Positions 1 through 13,827 of a stretch of DNA of 64,000 bases are shown here, piece after piece. The translations under genes were made by a program, and so were the position numbers. The notes under the pieces were generated by a model. It was given only the letters and a program-made list of their open reading frames with translations, was not told the origin of the DNA and ran no database searches. Position 1 is the stretch's first letter. The number at the start of each line of letters is the position of its first letter. This stretch comes from Marsupella aquatica. Lineage: Eukaryota > Plantae > Marchantiophyta. The stretch is from positions 7,030,234-7,094,233 of the forward strand of contig OZ316894.1 of assembly GCA_973895155.1 (NCBI GenBank), written 5' to 3'.

Positions 1-56
1 TCAACTGTATGGTTTGGAAGAACTTGCTCAGATGTATCTGATTGGCTTCGCTACAG

Positions 57-1950
57 ACCACCTGCACACTTGGGCTTAGATCCAGACAACAAGCCTCTAC
101 CATCCTATCCAACTTCATCCTCCCTTGTCACAGATCCTAAGTGGCAAACAAAGGAGTTCCCCGCCTTGCCTAATGTTCTATGGCATTGGTGGAAAGAGCG
201 CCCTAGCAGTGTACCACTTGCCACAAAACCCCAACAGGTGAAGTTTGATACTCTGGTGGAGGCCTTGAAGGACCGAGTTGTGAGACCCTCGGGGCCTTAT
301 ACTCCTCCCACCTCAGCTCCTCCTACAACAGCCCCCACCCCAAGGAGTCGGGCACAAACTCCTCGGGATGTGGTCCCAACATCCAATGGAGAAGCACATC
401 AAAGTAGGGCTCAAACACCTCAATTGCAAGGAGCACAAACTCCTAGGAATCTGGTTGCAACATTCAATGGAGAAGCACATCAAAGTAGGGCTCAAACACC
501 TCAAATGGAAGGGGCCCAAACCCCTCAAAATGTGGTCCCCACATCCAATGGAGAAACACATCAAAGTAGGGCTCAAACACCTCAAGTGCAAGGGGCACAA
601 ACTCCTAGGAATGTGGTCCCAACAGCCAATGGAGAAACACATCAAAGCAGGGCTCAAACACCCCGACTGCAAGGCCCTGGAGATCAACTTGATCTAAAGT
701 CATGGGAGGAATTTCCAATTCGACCTGCTTCAGTATCAAGCTCAACATTTGCTTCTCGCCCGTCTTCAGCAGCTCATGGGGCAACTACAAATCTCCCAAC
801 ATCTACACCTCGGGGTAAGAGTGGCCCAATAGATGGTTCTCCCAGACTTTCATTAGCTCCAAGACATCACTCTGCTGGAGAGAGTCCAAGATCTCCAAAT
901 CCTCTTGGTAAGATGGAATGAAATGTCCTTTTTTCATTGACAACAAGATGTGATAACTTTCATTCAATGAATTTGTATAATATCAAACTTGAAGCACTTC
1001 CCCATATGTAGGGTTCAAAAACAGCTACATATTTTTGGTGTCATCATGCAACTAAGTGACTCTGGATCACACAAATATATGCACCAATTAACTAGGCTAG
1101 AACTAGATACTGTAGTCTCGTTTACCCACCCTTACAATGTATGCAGGGCATTGACTTGTGGTGATGATAAGCATCTGTCAATTCCAGGACAAGCAATCTC
1201 CAATTCACAATAAACTGATATAGTTACTTCAACAGATACTTTAGAATTGGATTGCATCAAGATTTTCAGTAATTGTTCAAGTATTTGGTTTTGGTCAATT
1301 TTCCATGAAGTTATTTTGCATGCAATATTATTTCATCTTTCTCATGATTCTTTAATATGATTGTGTTGTCTCAACTAGGATATGGGTGTGAGAACTCTAG
1401 AGACACACCAAGGTCTGGTTATGGTACTAGAGGCGTGGGAACATCAGCACTTTCTTTGGATGTTAGATCACCTCAAGTGGAGGTACAAAACTGTGCATGT
1501 GATCGCACTTCACCATCACAAGTCCCAATCCCAAGGCTCAATTTTCAGGCAACTGGGGAGACCTCACTAACACCAAGTAAGCCATCAACCCCAACAGTTT
1601 CCTGTGGCAAGCCCCCTCCCTCACCCAGACCATCACACCCTAACCCTCCTCATGTCCCTAGACAAGCCATTCCTCGCAAGACTTGTGGGAGGCACCATGC
1701 TGCAGTTCCTTCAGGTCTTTATGTCCAAGGGCAAGGGCATGGGTCCAGCAATAGAGGGGTGGAAAGAAAGACACCTAGGGCAGAGATTGCAAGAGCAAGT
1801 CAAGGATTGACTGTGGACAATATGAGGCGAATGAGCCCAGATTCCTTTGCCACAAAAATAGTTTGGGCAGAGAAACTAAAGACACAGGGACAAGGATTGC
1901 CATGGCCATTTGAGGAGAAGAAAGCAATAAAGACTGTGAAGGTGTTCTAG
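57..1950 (+). CDS. 3' part of a Pro/Ser/Thr-rich, probably disordered protein with 4 x 27-aa repeats; exons 57-907 and 1379-1950; 5' exons lie outside the window
   Basis: Acceptor ctacAG at 55-56. Donor G|GTAAG at 908 and acceptor ctAG at 1377-1378 are both phase 1, joining ORF 70..921 in frame to ORF 1357..1950 (stop TAG 1948-1950). No family recognised. Confidence 0.7.
352..675 (+). repeat. Coding tandem repeat, 4 x 81 bp (AQTPRxVVPTxNGExHQSRAQTPQxQG)
   Basis: Units start at 352, 433, 514 and 595; frame preserved. Confidence 0.95.
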
Positions 1951-3087
1951 ATAGTGTGATGCAGTGTAGTCTGAGACAAGCTAACGTTCTCGCCATATTG
2001 TTTGCCTTATTCACGGCATGGCCTTCAGTTTATCTTCTTTGTCACAATTTTTGTTCAAGCATTGAGTATAAATCACCTTCCTTATTGATCTATTTGTGAA
2101 GCTAGGGATTATGTTATATACTTAGATAGTGCTTTGAATAATCACCTTCATTTCGTTGTAGCTTTATCATGAGAAAGTTAAAGGAGACACACGGATAATA
2201 ATTTTCTTGTGTATGAGTGTAGCTTTCCAATGGTGAAGATGTATGAGTGCATGACTCACTACTAAGGTAAATGCAGTGGTTTGGAAATGTAAAGAGTACT
2301 GATAGTGGTAGTCTTAGCTAGAGTAAAAATTTCCATAAGATCAAAATGGTAAAATATCCATTCATTTGTCTAAAGAGAAATATGAGTCTGTGTCCCTTTT
2401 GCAATTGATGGTTTGTATTGAATGATCCGTAAGGATTATTTCAAGGGGTTTAAAAAGTCAAGCTCCATATTCTCATTATGGCCCATTTGAAGATCAAAAT
2501 TGTCATTTCTTAAAAAAGCTAACGTTGCATATTGCTATGTATATTTAAGACTTCTGCACAATTCAACTGAGCATATATAGGTTTCTAATTGAATGTCATG
2601 GACAGTCTTCAATTCTTGATAAACCTTCTTTCTCAAAACTCACTTGACTATCATGAAATCTTGTAAAATCAGGTAAAAAGAGGTACTTTACATTCCTTTG
2701 CATTCATTTCACAGTTACAGTAAGCCAGGCAGAACCTTGGCACAATGCAAGGCATTCCATCATTGAAAGCCAATACTTTTGGGTAGAGAAATGTTTTCTG
2801 CTCAAAAACTTAGTTGAAATCAGGGTTAAAAAGGTCACATTTTGCCAATGGGATTGATTGCAGTCATATTAGTGGGAACATCTAGCAATGGTCTTTACTC
2901 AAAGGTGGCGTTTAACAGAAAAAAGCACCTTCTCAAATCTCAACATCTATTGGGAAGAATCTCTTGCCTCCATTACTTTCATTGGTAGACAAACTGGCTA
3001 GGTACACAACGTTTAATATAAGCCAAAAAAGCATTCCCCTAAGCACACCATCTAGCAGAATTTGTTTTGCTTCACCATTTAATCTCA

Positions 3088-6000
3088 TTATAACGAGTCC
3101 TCTATTGTGTCTGAAGATCTGTGAGGGTTAATATGGCCAGGCTCAAGAGTGTAAGTGTACGCTGAGGCAACGAAGGCATAGATTGTGAAGACAAGTACGG
3201 TAAGGACAGCAAGAGTACAATAGAAATAATCTATCCTACCTCTGTTGATATCGTCATGCAACCAACCATTTGCTTCACCAGTTGGACTCTTGGTTACCCC
3301 TTGAAGTATTCCCACCAAGGCACCGCTTAGAATTCCACCCATGCCCAAAGCTGCCCAAACGAAGGATTTCTGCACATTTTGTAATCTAGTGGGAGTCTCA
3401 TCATAGAAGAACTCAAGGAGCCCCGGCACCACAAAGCTCTCTCCTAGACCTGCCATAATTCCAAGTTGTTTGGATAAGTACATGATTGATTCGATTTACA
3501 ATTCTTTACACTCCACAACTAGCTAAATTCGCTAATTCATTACAAGTCTAAAGAATGAGATTCAGTGTGCCCTGTTGCTCTGTATTTCATATTATAAACT
3601 ACTCTTTCGGACAGAAAAAAAAAATGAGTTACTCCAAATCAAGGTTGTAAACCATGAAGTCCAAATTTCGGTAGTGGAGCAACATCGTTTTCTCGTACAC
3701 TATAGTAGAGCAAATATATACCATGAACTATGAGCCACTGATTCACAGAACACAAAATAAAAAAATCAAACTGCTAGCATTCAGGCATTTTGAGACTATG
3801 TAACTATGCTACTCTTATCTTTGCAGTATCATAAATAATGTTTATGTTGAATGGGAAAAACAAGTTGCCTTTGAGATTAGAATAGATTCTGCTTCTTTTA
3901 GGCTTGCTGAGTCACATTCTTCTATCAAATTTTCACCTAAATGGAAGTAGGGAGGTTACATAACAATGAAACACAACTAACATCTGAGGCAATACAATAT
4001 GAGGTTGACACTGAGTTCAAATTCAAAATGAGTCGCCTCATATTTAGATGGTCTTGTGAAAATGTTAGTGAGAGGGACCAAGCCAACTACTGAAATGAGG
4101 ATATTAATCCAAATCAAGAAAAAGTAAAGGTTGAGTTTGAAGATGGCACCTGCTAATACAAATTGTGGAACTAACCAAAAGCCAGAAAGGGGTTTGTCAC
4201 CCATACTGGAGTTAGCCGCTGCTCTACGGCTATTCTCCATTATCGCGGAGACTGACATTGCCAAAATGCCAATGAATATGCCCACACCGACTCGTTGGAG
4301 ACTAGTTAACCCTCTCCGACACCCAGTTAGCCTCCTACAAATCCAAAACACATACACTGCTTAATGATTCTATGACAACTAGCTTGTATATATTGGCACT
4401 TATGAAATAAAACTGATCCATATATCTCAATCATATAATATTCTTAATACAAGCCTTTGTCAACAATCATGTTTTGTATTCTGAATAAGGCCTGAGTGTG
4501 TCAATAACATGTACTGTGTATTTTACACTACTTTAGAGTCGGTGTGTTTAATCTACAATAAGATGATCCAGCTGTCCTATCTTTTCTCCACTAGTCTAAC
4601 TTTCCGTCCCAAAACTTTTCTTGTGGAGAATTAAAGCGTGCTTTAAACTTGAAGATTTGATGACATCTCTGCATTGAAACTCTCTGTAGAAAACTCCTTT
4701 TGTTTGAACCTGTCTTTGATTTGTATGCACTTTATGATGGGACGTTGCTTTTTGTTCTGGATTAGATTCAAAGAAATTATGTCAATTTATTGTTAATTTA
4801 GAGCATCGTTTACATTACGGGCATCGATGCTCAGATCAAGCTTCAATTGACCTCGAGCAGTCTTTCAGTAGGAGCAAACGGCTGTTGAGGTCAGGACCAG
4901 GTTTTTTAAAAGCCATGTGTAAATTTGGGTAATTTGGAAAGAATATTAAAGCATGACTGACTACTTTTCATGGACATTAAATAGTGTCACTGGAGCACAG
5001 ACGGACATTAGACGTCTCAAAGATGGACCTCAACTCCCCTAGTTACAGGTTCATGAAGTTGAAACACAGGACCTCAACTCCCCTAGTTACAGGTTCACCT
5101 AGTTAGAGTTACAGGTTCACAGACCAAGTTAGAGACTACCAAATTCATAGCCATACCATAGTCCATACATTTTTGCCATACTTTAGGTGATATGACATTA
5201 CCATTAGTCAGTATTGAGGCTGGTGAAAAAAGAACAAAAAAACCTTTTAGATTGTGAAAAAAATATGACCGTCATCCCTAATTTCTAAGCTTCAGAGAAC
5301 TTCAGTTCAATGCAATCCCATTGAAGTGACGTTGTTCGATCCAGCTACGAGTCTGTCGTTGATTTCTTAAGCTGAAAACTATTACAATAGCTGAGAGGGA
5401 GATGACGCACCTGAAGACTCTGAAGAGGTAGATATCGTAGATGGGCACAAACAGAAAGAAAGTCAGGATGGAGAAGACTCCCATGCTCGCTGCTGGGACT
5501 TCGAAGTCGGCCACACTCCGGTCCATGGTCAGCGCTTGCTGTGTCATAAGGGTGAAAACCTGTCGAGAAGGCAGGGCCAGGGATTGCACATTCAACTAAA
5601 GAGAAAGACCCTTCTGTATGCCAGTTTTTGATCGGCTTCTTCGGTCTCCAGTGTTGAAATAACTCTCTCCTTTGAAATTAGATAACCCCGTAGGTAACTT
5701 GTTTCTCTCAAATCCTTCTGTTCATTTGAGCGTACTGGCCGGGCGTACTGGTCCAAATTTTACTGTATCAATTACATTGAGTCTTTATTGATGGTTTTGC
5801 AACATTGACAGACCATTGATGTGTTGTTCAGTGGCAAGTGGAGAACCGAGCGATTGATAGTGACCAACTTTGGCATCCTCTAATTTGCGAATGTTACACT
5901 CACCAAGTCACAACCAGGGGATTCAAAATCGGGTATTACAAGTTTTCTAGTGCTGATTGATCGATCATAAGAAAAGTTTACTAACAGGAGTCGTGGCAGA

Positions 6001-9000
6001 CATACCTGAACGTAGACGATGGCAGATACACTTGTGCAGAGCCAGACAGGGGCCATTGTCAAGACCTTTTTGAGTTCTTCCACTTGATGCACGGTGCAGA
6101 GCCTCCAGGGATTGCACTCGTTAATATCGATGCTGTCGTTCGAGTCCTCTAAAATAGCTGCCTTATCCAGCCACCTGATGCCATGTGTTTAGATCTATAT
6201 GTCAGGCTCTCTTCCATCTCATCTTATTATAGACCTTATTAATAATTCTCCACCTTTCTTTCCCGGAGGATATTAATTTTAAAGCTCTCCAACTCCACCT
6301 TCACTATATCAGTTCAGATAGTGCAAACGGTTGTCCTTACTGTATGTAGAAATCGGATTCAATGATGGGAAACTTCATCCTTCGCCCAGCGAAGTGTTTG
6401 GAGGATGGTAACATTGTACTGTACGTCGTTCACCTTAAAGACATGGATTTGGGTCCCACAAAATGTGACAATAATTGGTTTCGGTGATTTAAACAAAATA
6501 ATGTGATTTATCATGGTATGAAGTTACATTACAGAGTATATTGTCACGTTTTGATGTACAATTAACGAGACGCCATGTATTTACTTCGGCCCTTTTGTAC
6601 CTAGAGCTCTTCGCGATGGGTCGGCGGTTTTCGTAGCACGAAATTAGCTGAATTTTTCGGCTCAGTATCTATTTGTTAATTATACAATTCAGGTTATTCC
6701 CCCTAAAGTGGCAAGTCAGAGACCAATGAGTTGATGTTGTACCAGTTGGTGGATTGCGTCTCATCTGTATCGGCCTTTTACAACCACTTTTGTACACTCC
6801 AACTTTGTGTTCATGGTAATGAGTGCCAGACTGGGATTTTTGGCGTTAGGAAGCACTTTCTATACATGCAAGCATTCTCGATCTGAGAGTGTACCACTTG
6901 ATCCCTATAATGATAGGCTTGTACTGAAAGTGATTTCTTGTGACTTTTAGCCCTACTTTCCATTAGTTTCTGCCGCACGGTCCCTTCAAGTCGATTCTGG
7001 TCCTCGAGGAGAAGAAAAGTTTATTCGAAATCGTGAAGTGGTTTGTTTGTTGTCAGCTTATTAACTTCCTAATCATGGCTGGTTATTGAGTTGGTCACTT
7101 CAGCTATTAAATGCTCTTGTCAACTGTCTCAATCAGAGCTGTACATGTCGCCTTTCATAATCATTTCCTTTCTCTATCAATATTGACAATCGATCGATGT
7201 GAAAACGTAATTTCATTCCGTTTCTGTATTTATATATCAGTGTCAAGTTGCACTTGGACTCTCTGCTTTGTGTTTTCAACATGACAGTGAGGTCTCAAGC
7301 AGCCGCCATATGCAATGCATAATGTACACCGACGTATGAAAGACCAAGGCGACAATGAAAACTTAAGGCAACTGCACACCATACACGTTCATGAAAAGGA
7401 GCCCAGAGTCGACAATAAACGTACTTCATATTCTCGGTATGGACGAGACGATCGTTGTTGATGCCGTGTGTTTTCACTTGATACAGTGCGTCCGGATTCT
7501 CTGGCAAGCTCAGCTTCCGTTTACGAATTGCAGCAATGAGGACTCGGACGAGACTTGTCAGAGGGCTACCCGTGGCATAGACGCAACGATAGAACGTGCT
7601 GCCGCAAAGTAGCGCTATCAGTGAAAGCCCCATTGTTATGGACAGAATAAGGGACCCCCATCCCCAGCCAACGTCGGTCTGAATCCAAATGACCACAGTG
7701 ACCGCAACGATCGTTGTGGAAGCCCTGCACGCTTTGTACCAGTTGAAGAAGCTCTGGATCTGAATTTGGTGCATGGGGTTGCTCTCATCAAATTGGTCAG
7801 CTCCACATGGTGCAGCGCACGGCCGAACACCACCCGAACCCAAAGCTTGCAGTGTAAGAGATAGGAAGAGGACTGCCATTTGTAACGAAGTCGCGTGGTG
7901 ACACTGGTCATCCCGGTTCGAGGTGCAAGCACTTGGTCGCAGATTGGATGCCATTACGAGCAGGTTGAAAAGAACTAGTCCCTGCACGCATTGATGTTCA
8001 TGAAGCTCGTGTGAAAAAACAATGTTCGTTCACCTCTCAATTAACGATCGCTCGAAGTTGCTTTACAGAAGTTATTCACTCTTTTCGGCATTTGTCTCAA
8101 CAACTAATGTTCCGTCTGACTAGGGCACTGAGCACGCAGTTCCGCGTGCATCTCATCTAAGGGCACTAATAGAGCATTTAACCTGTCTGTGATTCATTCT
8201 CTGAATTTATTTTGATCTAGCTTGGATTTCGAGTTTCAGAGTGAAAAGTACCAGCTTTTATTGGTCAACAAGGATAACAGGATCAAAAACTAGGAGACGT
8301 GAACAGTGGAGGACATAGTTACAAGTCAATTCAATGGAATCACTGGCAGGAGATGCGGCTGTCCCGGCCTGTCAATTAGTCAGTTGTTATGTCCAAATCA
8401 TTATCTCTCAGATATTTGGCATCAGCTGGACACAAATTCCCTAAACGTCAGGTTATTACCTCTAAGGCTTTACTCAGATGTATTTGATCCACCGGCTATC
8501 TTTGCCTATAAGAACAACTCCGAAGTTCAAATGGTAGTGGGTTTTCATTATGTGATTGCTATGGAAGGATTTCCACTCTCTGCTCTGCTCTGCAATTTTC
8601 TCTGTAAGTGTGTTTCATCGTTTCGCAATTTCTGGTTCAATATAGTCAAACTTAGTTCAGTAGGATCTCTCTGTTGTGCATGAATTCTTCAATTTGGTTT
8701 ATTAATTCTTTTCTTTTAACCAGTCCCCCCCTTTTATATAAAACCAATACAGGGCTTCCCAAACCCAATTCGTGGTTATTCACAAGTATAGTCTAAAGAT
8801 CAAGATATTATATTATCAAATAAATTCATTCTCGTGTTCGTTTTCATTCACAAGTCGAAATATAAAAGAAATTCTTTTACTAAATAAATTACAACGTACT
8901 ATCGTTTTCCACTGTTTTCGATCACTCTATGGAATAGAAATCTAATGAGTACTTCGTGTAGACTCAGTAATCGATGAGAAAAAAGGTTCCTTTCATTTCT

Positions 9001-10530
9001 TAGCCCCACGTACCTAGATTATAGGATTCTGCCCAGTCTACTGGTCCTTTGAACTTCACTGATTGATGAGAACAAAAAGAAGTTCCTCTCATGATTCCCC
9101 ACCTAGATTGTAGGCTTCTGTCTTTGGACTTCAGTAAACGATGAGAAAAAACGGTTCTTCTCATTTTCCAGCCCTACGTGCCAAGTGTAGATTATGTGTT
9201 TCTGCCCAGTCTATCGCTCCTTGGACTTCACTAAGTGATGAGAACAGAAAGACTACCGGCGATGGTCTAGCTGCCCTTGACAGTAATTAGATAAAATAAA
9301 ATGAGTTGGACGGAACCACTACTTAACCGTCCTAGCCTGTGGTCCTGCTCTCTTTGTCTCTCTGTCGACATTTACGGTGTGGAAATTGGTAGTGAGTTTT
9401 GATGTCAAGATCTTCGAGATCTGATTATTGTCCGAGTTCCAGTAAATCTTCTCAGAGCTAGGCACGGGGCTAGGCATCAAAGTGTGTCCCTGGTTAGTCA
9501 AGTCTTATGAGGAAAAGAGTTGATTGTGCGTTACCCCTAAATAAAATACGGACCCTGCGGCAACTGCGGTGAAGCGGCCGAGATGAGCATCTGCAAGAAC
9601 CTCTCCAAAGAGTGGAGCCAGATTTGATGCGCTGAATGAGGCCGTAGATATACAGATAGCTTCCACGAGAGGCAAGTTCATTTGGCTCGTCAGGTATACG
9701 ACAAGGTTATATGTTATTGTAGTCGATCCTAGCCTTTCGCCAATTTCGCTACCTGCAATACATTTTCATAACGTGCCCCAAACCGTTGTCTGTTAATTAG
9801 CCACTGTTGCACCTAAACTAGGCATTCATCACCAATCAAATGACATTTGATGACATTTGATCTTCAACATCGATCCGAGACTCTTGCTACGCCTCTCTAC
9901 GCATTGGTCTTCTCCTGACAGCAACTAAGATGTGAAACGCGACCGAGAGATTTGATCAGCCTGTCGTTCCAGCTACCACCTCTTTCTTTAGCGTTATTTA
10001 TTTAAACATTATCCGAGTCTCTGATCATTTAACGAACTTGCCTTGTAGCCGTCATTCGGAAGTGAGATTCTAGCGTACTTGTGGAAGCAAGTTAAGGGAC
10101 ATGACTCCCTCAAAACATTGATCAACATTGCTCTGTGCCTAAACTATCAACATGGATAGGGCTGTCCCCATCTACACGTAATCCACATAATTATGTTGTT
10201 CTCCACAGCCATGGAAGTTCTCACGTCACAAGCTTCATCAGTCAGCGCTTGCAAATAGAACGACTTACCCAAGATAAGGGGGGCTGTCTTCCGTCCTCTG
10301 GGCAGGACGATCCTCCAATTCGTCTCTCGGCCGAACTTGGTTCCAGGCTGGCAGGAAGCATTGCAGCAGCACGCAAACCTCGCAAAGAGTCTTGATCCGA
10401 GATCTAAAGAATTTTCCGCGGCAACATTCTCGTCTGTGTGATATTCAGCGGGAGGGATCACAACGCTGAGTCTCGCTTTCCTTGCAAATTCTGCTGTTGC
10501 CTCAGCTGCGTCTTCTAAAAATCTCTGATA
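3088..10530 (-). CDS. NPF (NRT1/PTR) family nitrate/peptide/hormone transporter; exons ~10530-10269, 9752-9535, 7981-7425, 6174-6006, 5559-5411, 4334-4150, 3449-3088; start codon unresolved
   Basis: Motifs KTAPLILG|SEIGERL (ExxER), LGSGGVRPCAAPCGADQFD, SFFNW, GSPLT, WLDKAA, LCTVHQVEELK, LQRVGVG, WLVPQFVLAG|LGE, LEFFYDE, GRIDYFY. All six internal GT-AG junctions are phase-compatible. Confidence 0.92.
5025..5119. repeat. Short direct repeat (ggacctcaactcccctagttacaggttca x2 plus a partial third copy) in an NPF intron
   Basis: Copies at ~5025 and ~5069; partial agttacaggttca at ~5107. Confidence 0.8.
8960..9250. repeat. Degenerate ~75-100 bp tandem repeat with an A-B-A-B (~170 bp) higher-order pattern in an NPF intron
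   Basis: Recurring gatgagaa...ttc..ctcat...ccc..ac..tagatt.t.g...tctg...ttg.acttca units; units 1 and 3 share tctgcccagtcta. Confidence 0.7.
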
Positions 10531-13226
10531 CCCACGAACGTCATCCAAAGGAACAAATTAACGTCAAGCATCCGAGCATCATTTAATATTGTCTGTAAGT
10601 TAGTTGATTATAACTGGAGGATGACGACATATGAGACAACTCAGACATGTAACGTAATCGCAAGATAGATACTATTAGATGTTCAGGAGCTCACTAATTT
10701 CTTTGTTTGGAGAGCAAGTTCTTAATGATTTTCCGTCTTTGCGCTTTTGACATGCACAGACAAGGCATTGATCGTCCGAGTATTGATCATCTCGTCTCGG
10801 ACGATCAACACTGTTGCTACACCAATGGCCAGCGACAAAATTCAACCTCGTATGTCCTTCCCCTACAACCCCCTCTACCTAACAATTGACTGTGTTGTGT
10901 GAAGACAATGGGCTCTACGTTCAAGTTCGATTCACAATCCATCCCTCCGTCGCTCCTTCCTTCGCATTCGATCCAAGTTACCTTAATTAAACCTTGCCTC
11001 CGTCTCTCTCCTGGGCCATCTCGATCTCCTTTCTAATTCCCCCCGAAGTATTTTTCAAGCTAGAAGTCTCAATTCAAAGCTGCACATCAAGTAGCAAAGA
11101 AAGCTCAACTTGCTGTAATGTGGTTCTGGACACTATAGCGTTCAAGAATAGTCTACTCCCAAGTCCAATTGATTAGCTGATTCAGATTCGTGCTCTTCAT
11201 TATCGAGTCCAATGTGGATGACTGTAAATCTTCTGGTATGGTACGTTGAGTCTCAATCACGTCCCGGTGGTTCTCAATTTATCACTCATGTGTTGGTGGT
11301 TTTTCTTGCTCAATGCTCATAATACATTTACGTCAATGCCAATGCAGGGATCGATCGATGGGATTGTTCACGTCAAATACCTGAATATCAGGTCCGGATA
11401 CCGACTCGTTTTTCGGCGAGATTTCACTACCCATCGGCTCATCAACGGACCCCTGACGAATAGCGCTGCAGTCTGAAATTCTGTACAATTTACTCTCGTC
11501 TCCCCCTTTTACGGAATCAGGCTCATCAACTGAACTCCATCAACTGCTTTCCTTGAATCCCCTTTGTACACCGTACGCATGTTCCGGTACACACTTCCTT
11601 AAAGGACGAATCCATTTCGTGACCTATGCGGGGGCTCCGTGAACGCGAGAACTGTAGGTACGCAGATCCATTTCGTCGACATCAACCAGACTGGATTGAG
11701 TTTTCCTGTGCAGGAAGTGCGCGGGTATCCTCGATCGCTAGAGGCCAAGTCTCACTGCACTAGTAGCTCTGTCCAAGTTCAGGAACAATCACGATCATTC
11801 GATCCGGTTCACAGCATTTCACACCTTACCTCCCCAGTCAAAGTACCAAAAACAGGTACGGCACTAGCTGGCAGGTTGTGTAGATGGGTGAAAGCCACGG
11901 GTGAGTGCACGCTTGCGTGGGAGTTTCGCCAGGTACAGTAGAAGAGAAATAATGAATATCACGTCACCATCAGTGGTGCCATTCTTCTCCTGGACCAGTG
12001 ATTCTCAGCCAAACTCATCACTATAACCTGATCAGCCACAGCTTGCCGTTGCCAGCTAGTTGCTAGTCATCCTGATCGATCGAGTCGAGACTAGGATTCA
12101 ATTCAATTCGGAAGCACCCACTACCTGGCCATGATCTCGGAGGCTCTGACTGGCTTCCTCCTTGTGAATCCAACAAAGTACCTTCTGTCCAATTGGAAGT
12201 CCATTAAACGTAATCGTTCACCGTATGATCTCTGACTCGATCATTGGCCGAGCTTGAGTAATTGCATGATCACTGAACTCCGTGTGTGACTCCGTCGAGC
12301 TCACCCCCCTCCCACCACATGAAGATCAGCTAACGTCGGCATGTGGGTAGACAGGATGTGTTGGTGAACATATCCGACGTCCAGATCTACAGTAGCTGTA
12401 GCTCTTGGAGAGCTCCCGATTCACACTAATTAAGCCTTGCCTGAGTGTGTGGGAGGATGTGCAAAGATTCACAATTTTGAGAGACCAGTTTTGATGCAAT
12501 ATGCACGGGACAGGAATCAAGTGGGGTCAAGCACCAGAGAGTAGGCCGGCCGACAGTGGATCATACTCTTCGATATCATCGGAGCCCACGTTCGGCGAAA
12601 ACACACGCCACAGAGTATCGATGATGATTAGATTGCTCCTTCGTCCCTGCTGCAAGCTCGGAATCATGGAGCATCTGGACAAAAGGGGCAACGCGATCAG
12701 TTCAGAAGGCTGTTTGATATAGTTCCCGTCTGAGTCTGCTGCTGAAATAATACTCCCTTGGTTGTCTGGCTGAAATAATACTCCGTTGGTTGTCTGGAGT
12801 AGTACTAAGCTCAACCTTTTCCCCATTAAAGAATTTATATTTCAATGTACGTTTTCAGAGCATTTTTTAAAGTAGGCTAGGATAGACACAAACTTTAGAT
12901 GTGATGCGCAAATAAACAGACACGTGGACACAATGAAGGATTCATGCTTCCTTGGGGATTCTTTCACATGTTTATTAATTCTGTGACCAGTCCAAATAAG
13001 AGGACAACCCCACGCAGGAGACCAGGGAAAAGAAAACGACCCCTACCTACACTAGTAAAGTAACTAAAAGCAATAAAAGCAAACTAGGGAGGGGCTATCC
13101 AAGGCCCACAATAGTCATCAACCTTCAAAGCAGCCCAGGAAGGAGAGCCACAAAAAACACTAGGAGAAGTCACCAACTTCCCCTGAAGGAAGAAGCATCA
13201 CCTCCACACCTACAGGTGAGCAAAGC

Positions 13227-13523
13227 GACAAACTAGGGTATCTCAAAAGTCAGGTTTGGCGGTCACCGGCCACCCCCTAGGAAGATGTTAGAGTACATTG
13301 GTAACACTTACCTATGGCAGTCATGACCAAACTAACTTACTTTTATGTGGGAGGTTACTTCTGAAGTAGTTGAGACAAACTAGGGTATCTCAAAAGTCAG
13401 GTTTGGCGGTCACCGGCCACCCCCTAGGAAGATGTTAGAGTACATTGGTAACACTTACCTATGGCAGTCATGACCAAACTAACTTATTTTGATGTGCGAG
13501 GTTACTTCTGAAGTAGTTGAGAC
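13227..13523. repeat. Near-perfect tandem duplication, 147-bp period
   Basis: gacaaactagggtatctcaaaagtcagg...ctgaagtagttgagac starts at 13227 and again at 13374, with about 3 mismatches. Confidence 0.95.
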
Positions 13524-13827
13524 GCCCTAGTAGAACTCTAGCTAGGACCATAATGACATCTACAACTTACAAAGCAACTGCCAGTTCAATCCTTGTCTCC
13601 CATATCATGTTTTTTTACATTTCAGTTTCCAAACATGACATGTAAACATGCATTCAACCTGTTATGAAAGGTTTTCAGTGTATTCTTCCTTCATTTGTAG
13701 TTAGTCGAGTATTAGAACGTTTTCATTGAATTCCTCTTACATTCTTACTCTGTCCAGGCAGCAGTCTTCTGCTGTTGTCATTCAACTGATGGAGTTAGAT
13801 TCCATTGTTCTGGTGTAAACAACCTCT

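Noticed and set aside
313-697. Alternative-frame ORFs 313..687 (-) and 368..697 (+)
   Set aside because: Shadows of the 81-bp coding repeat.
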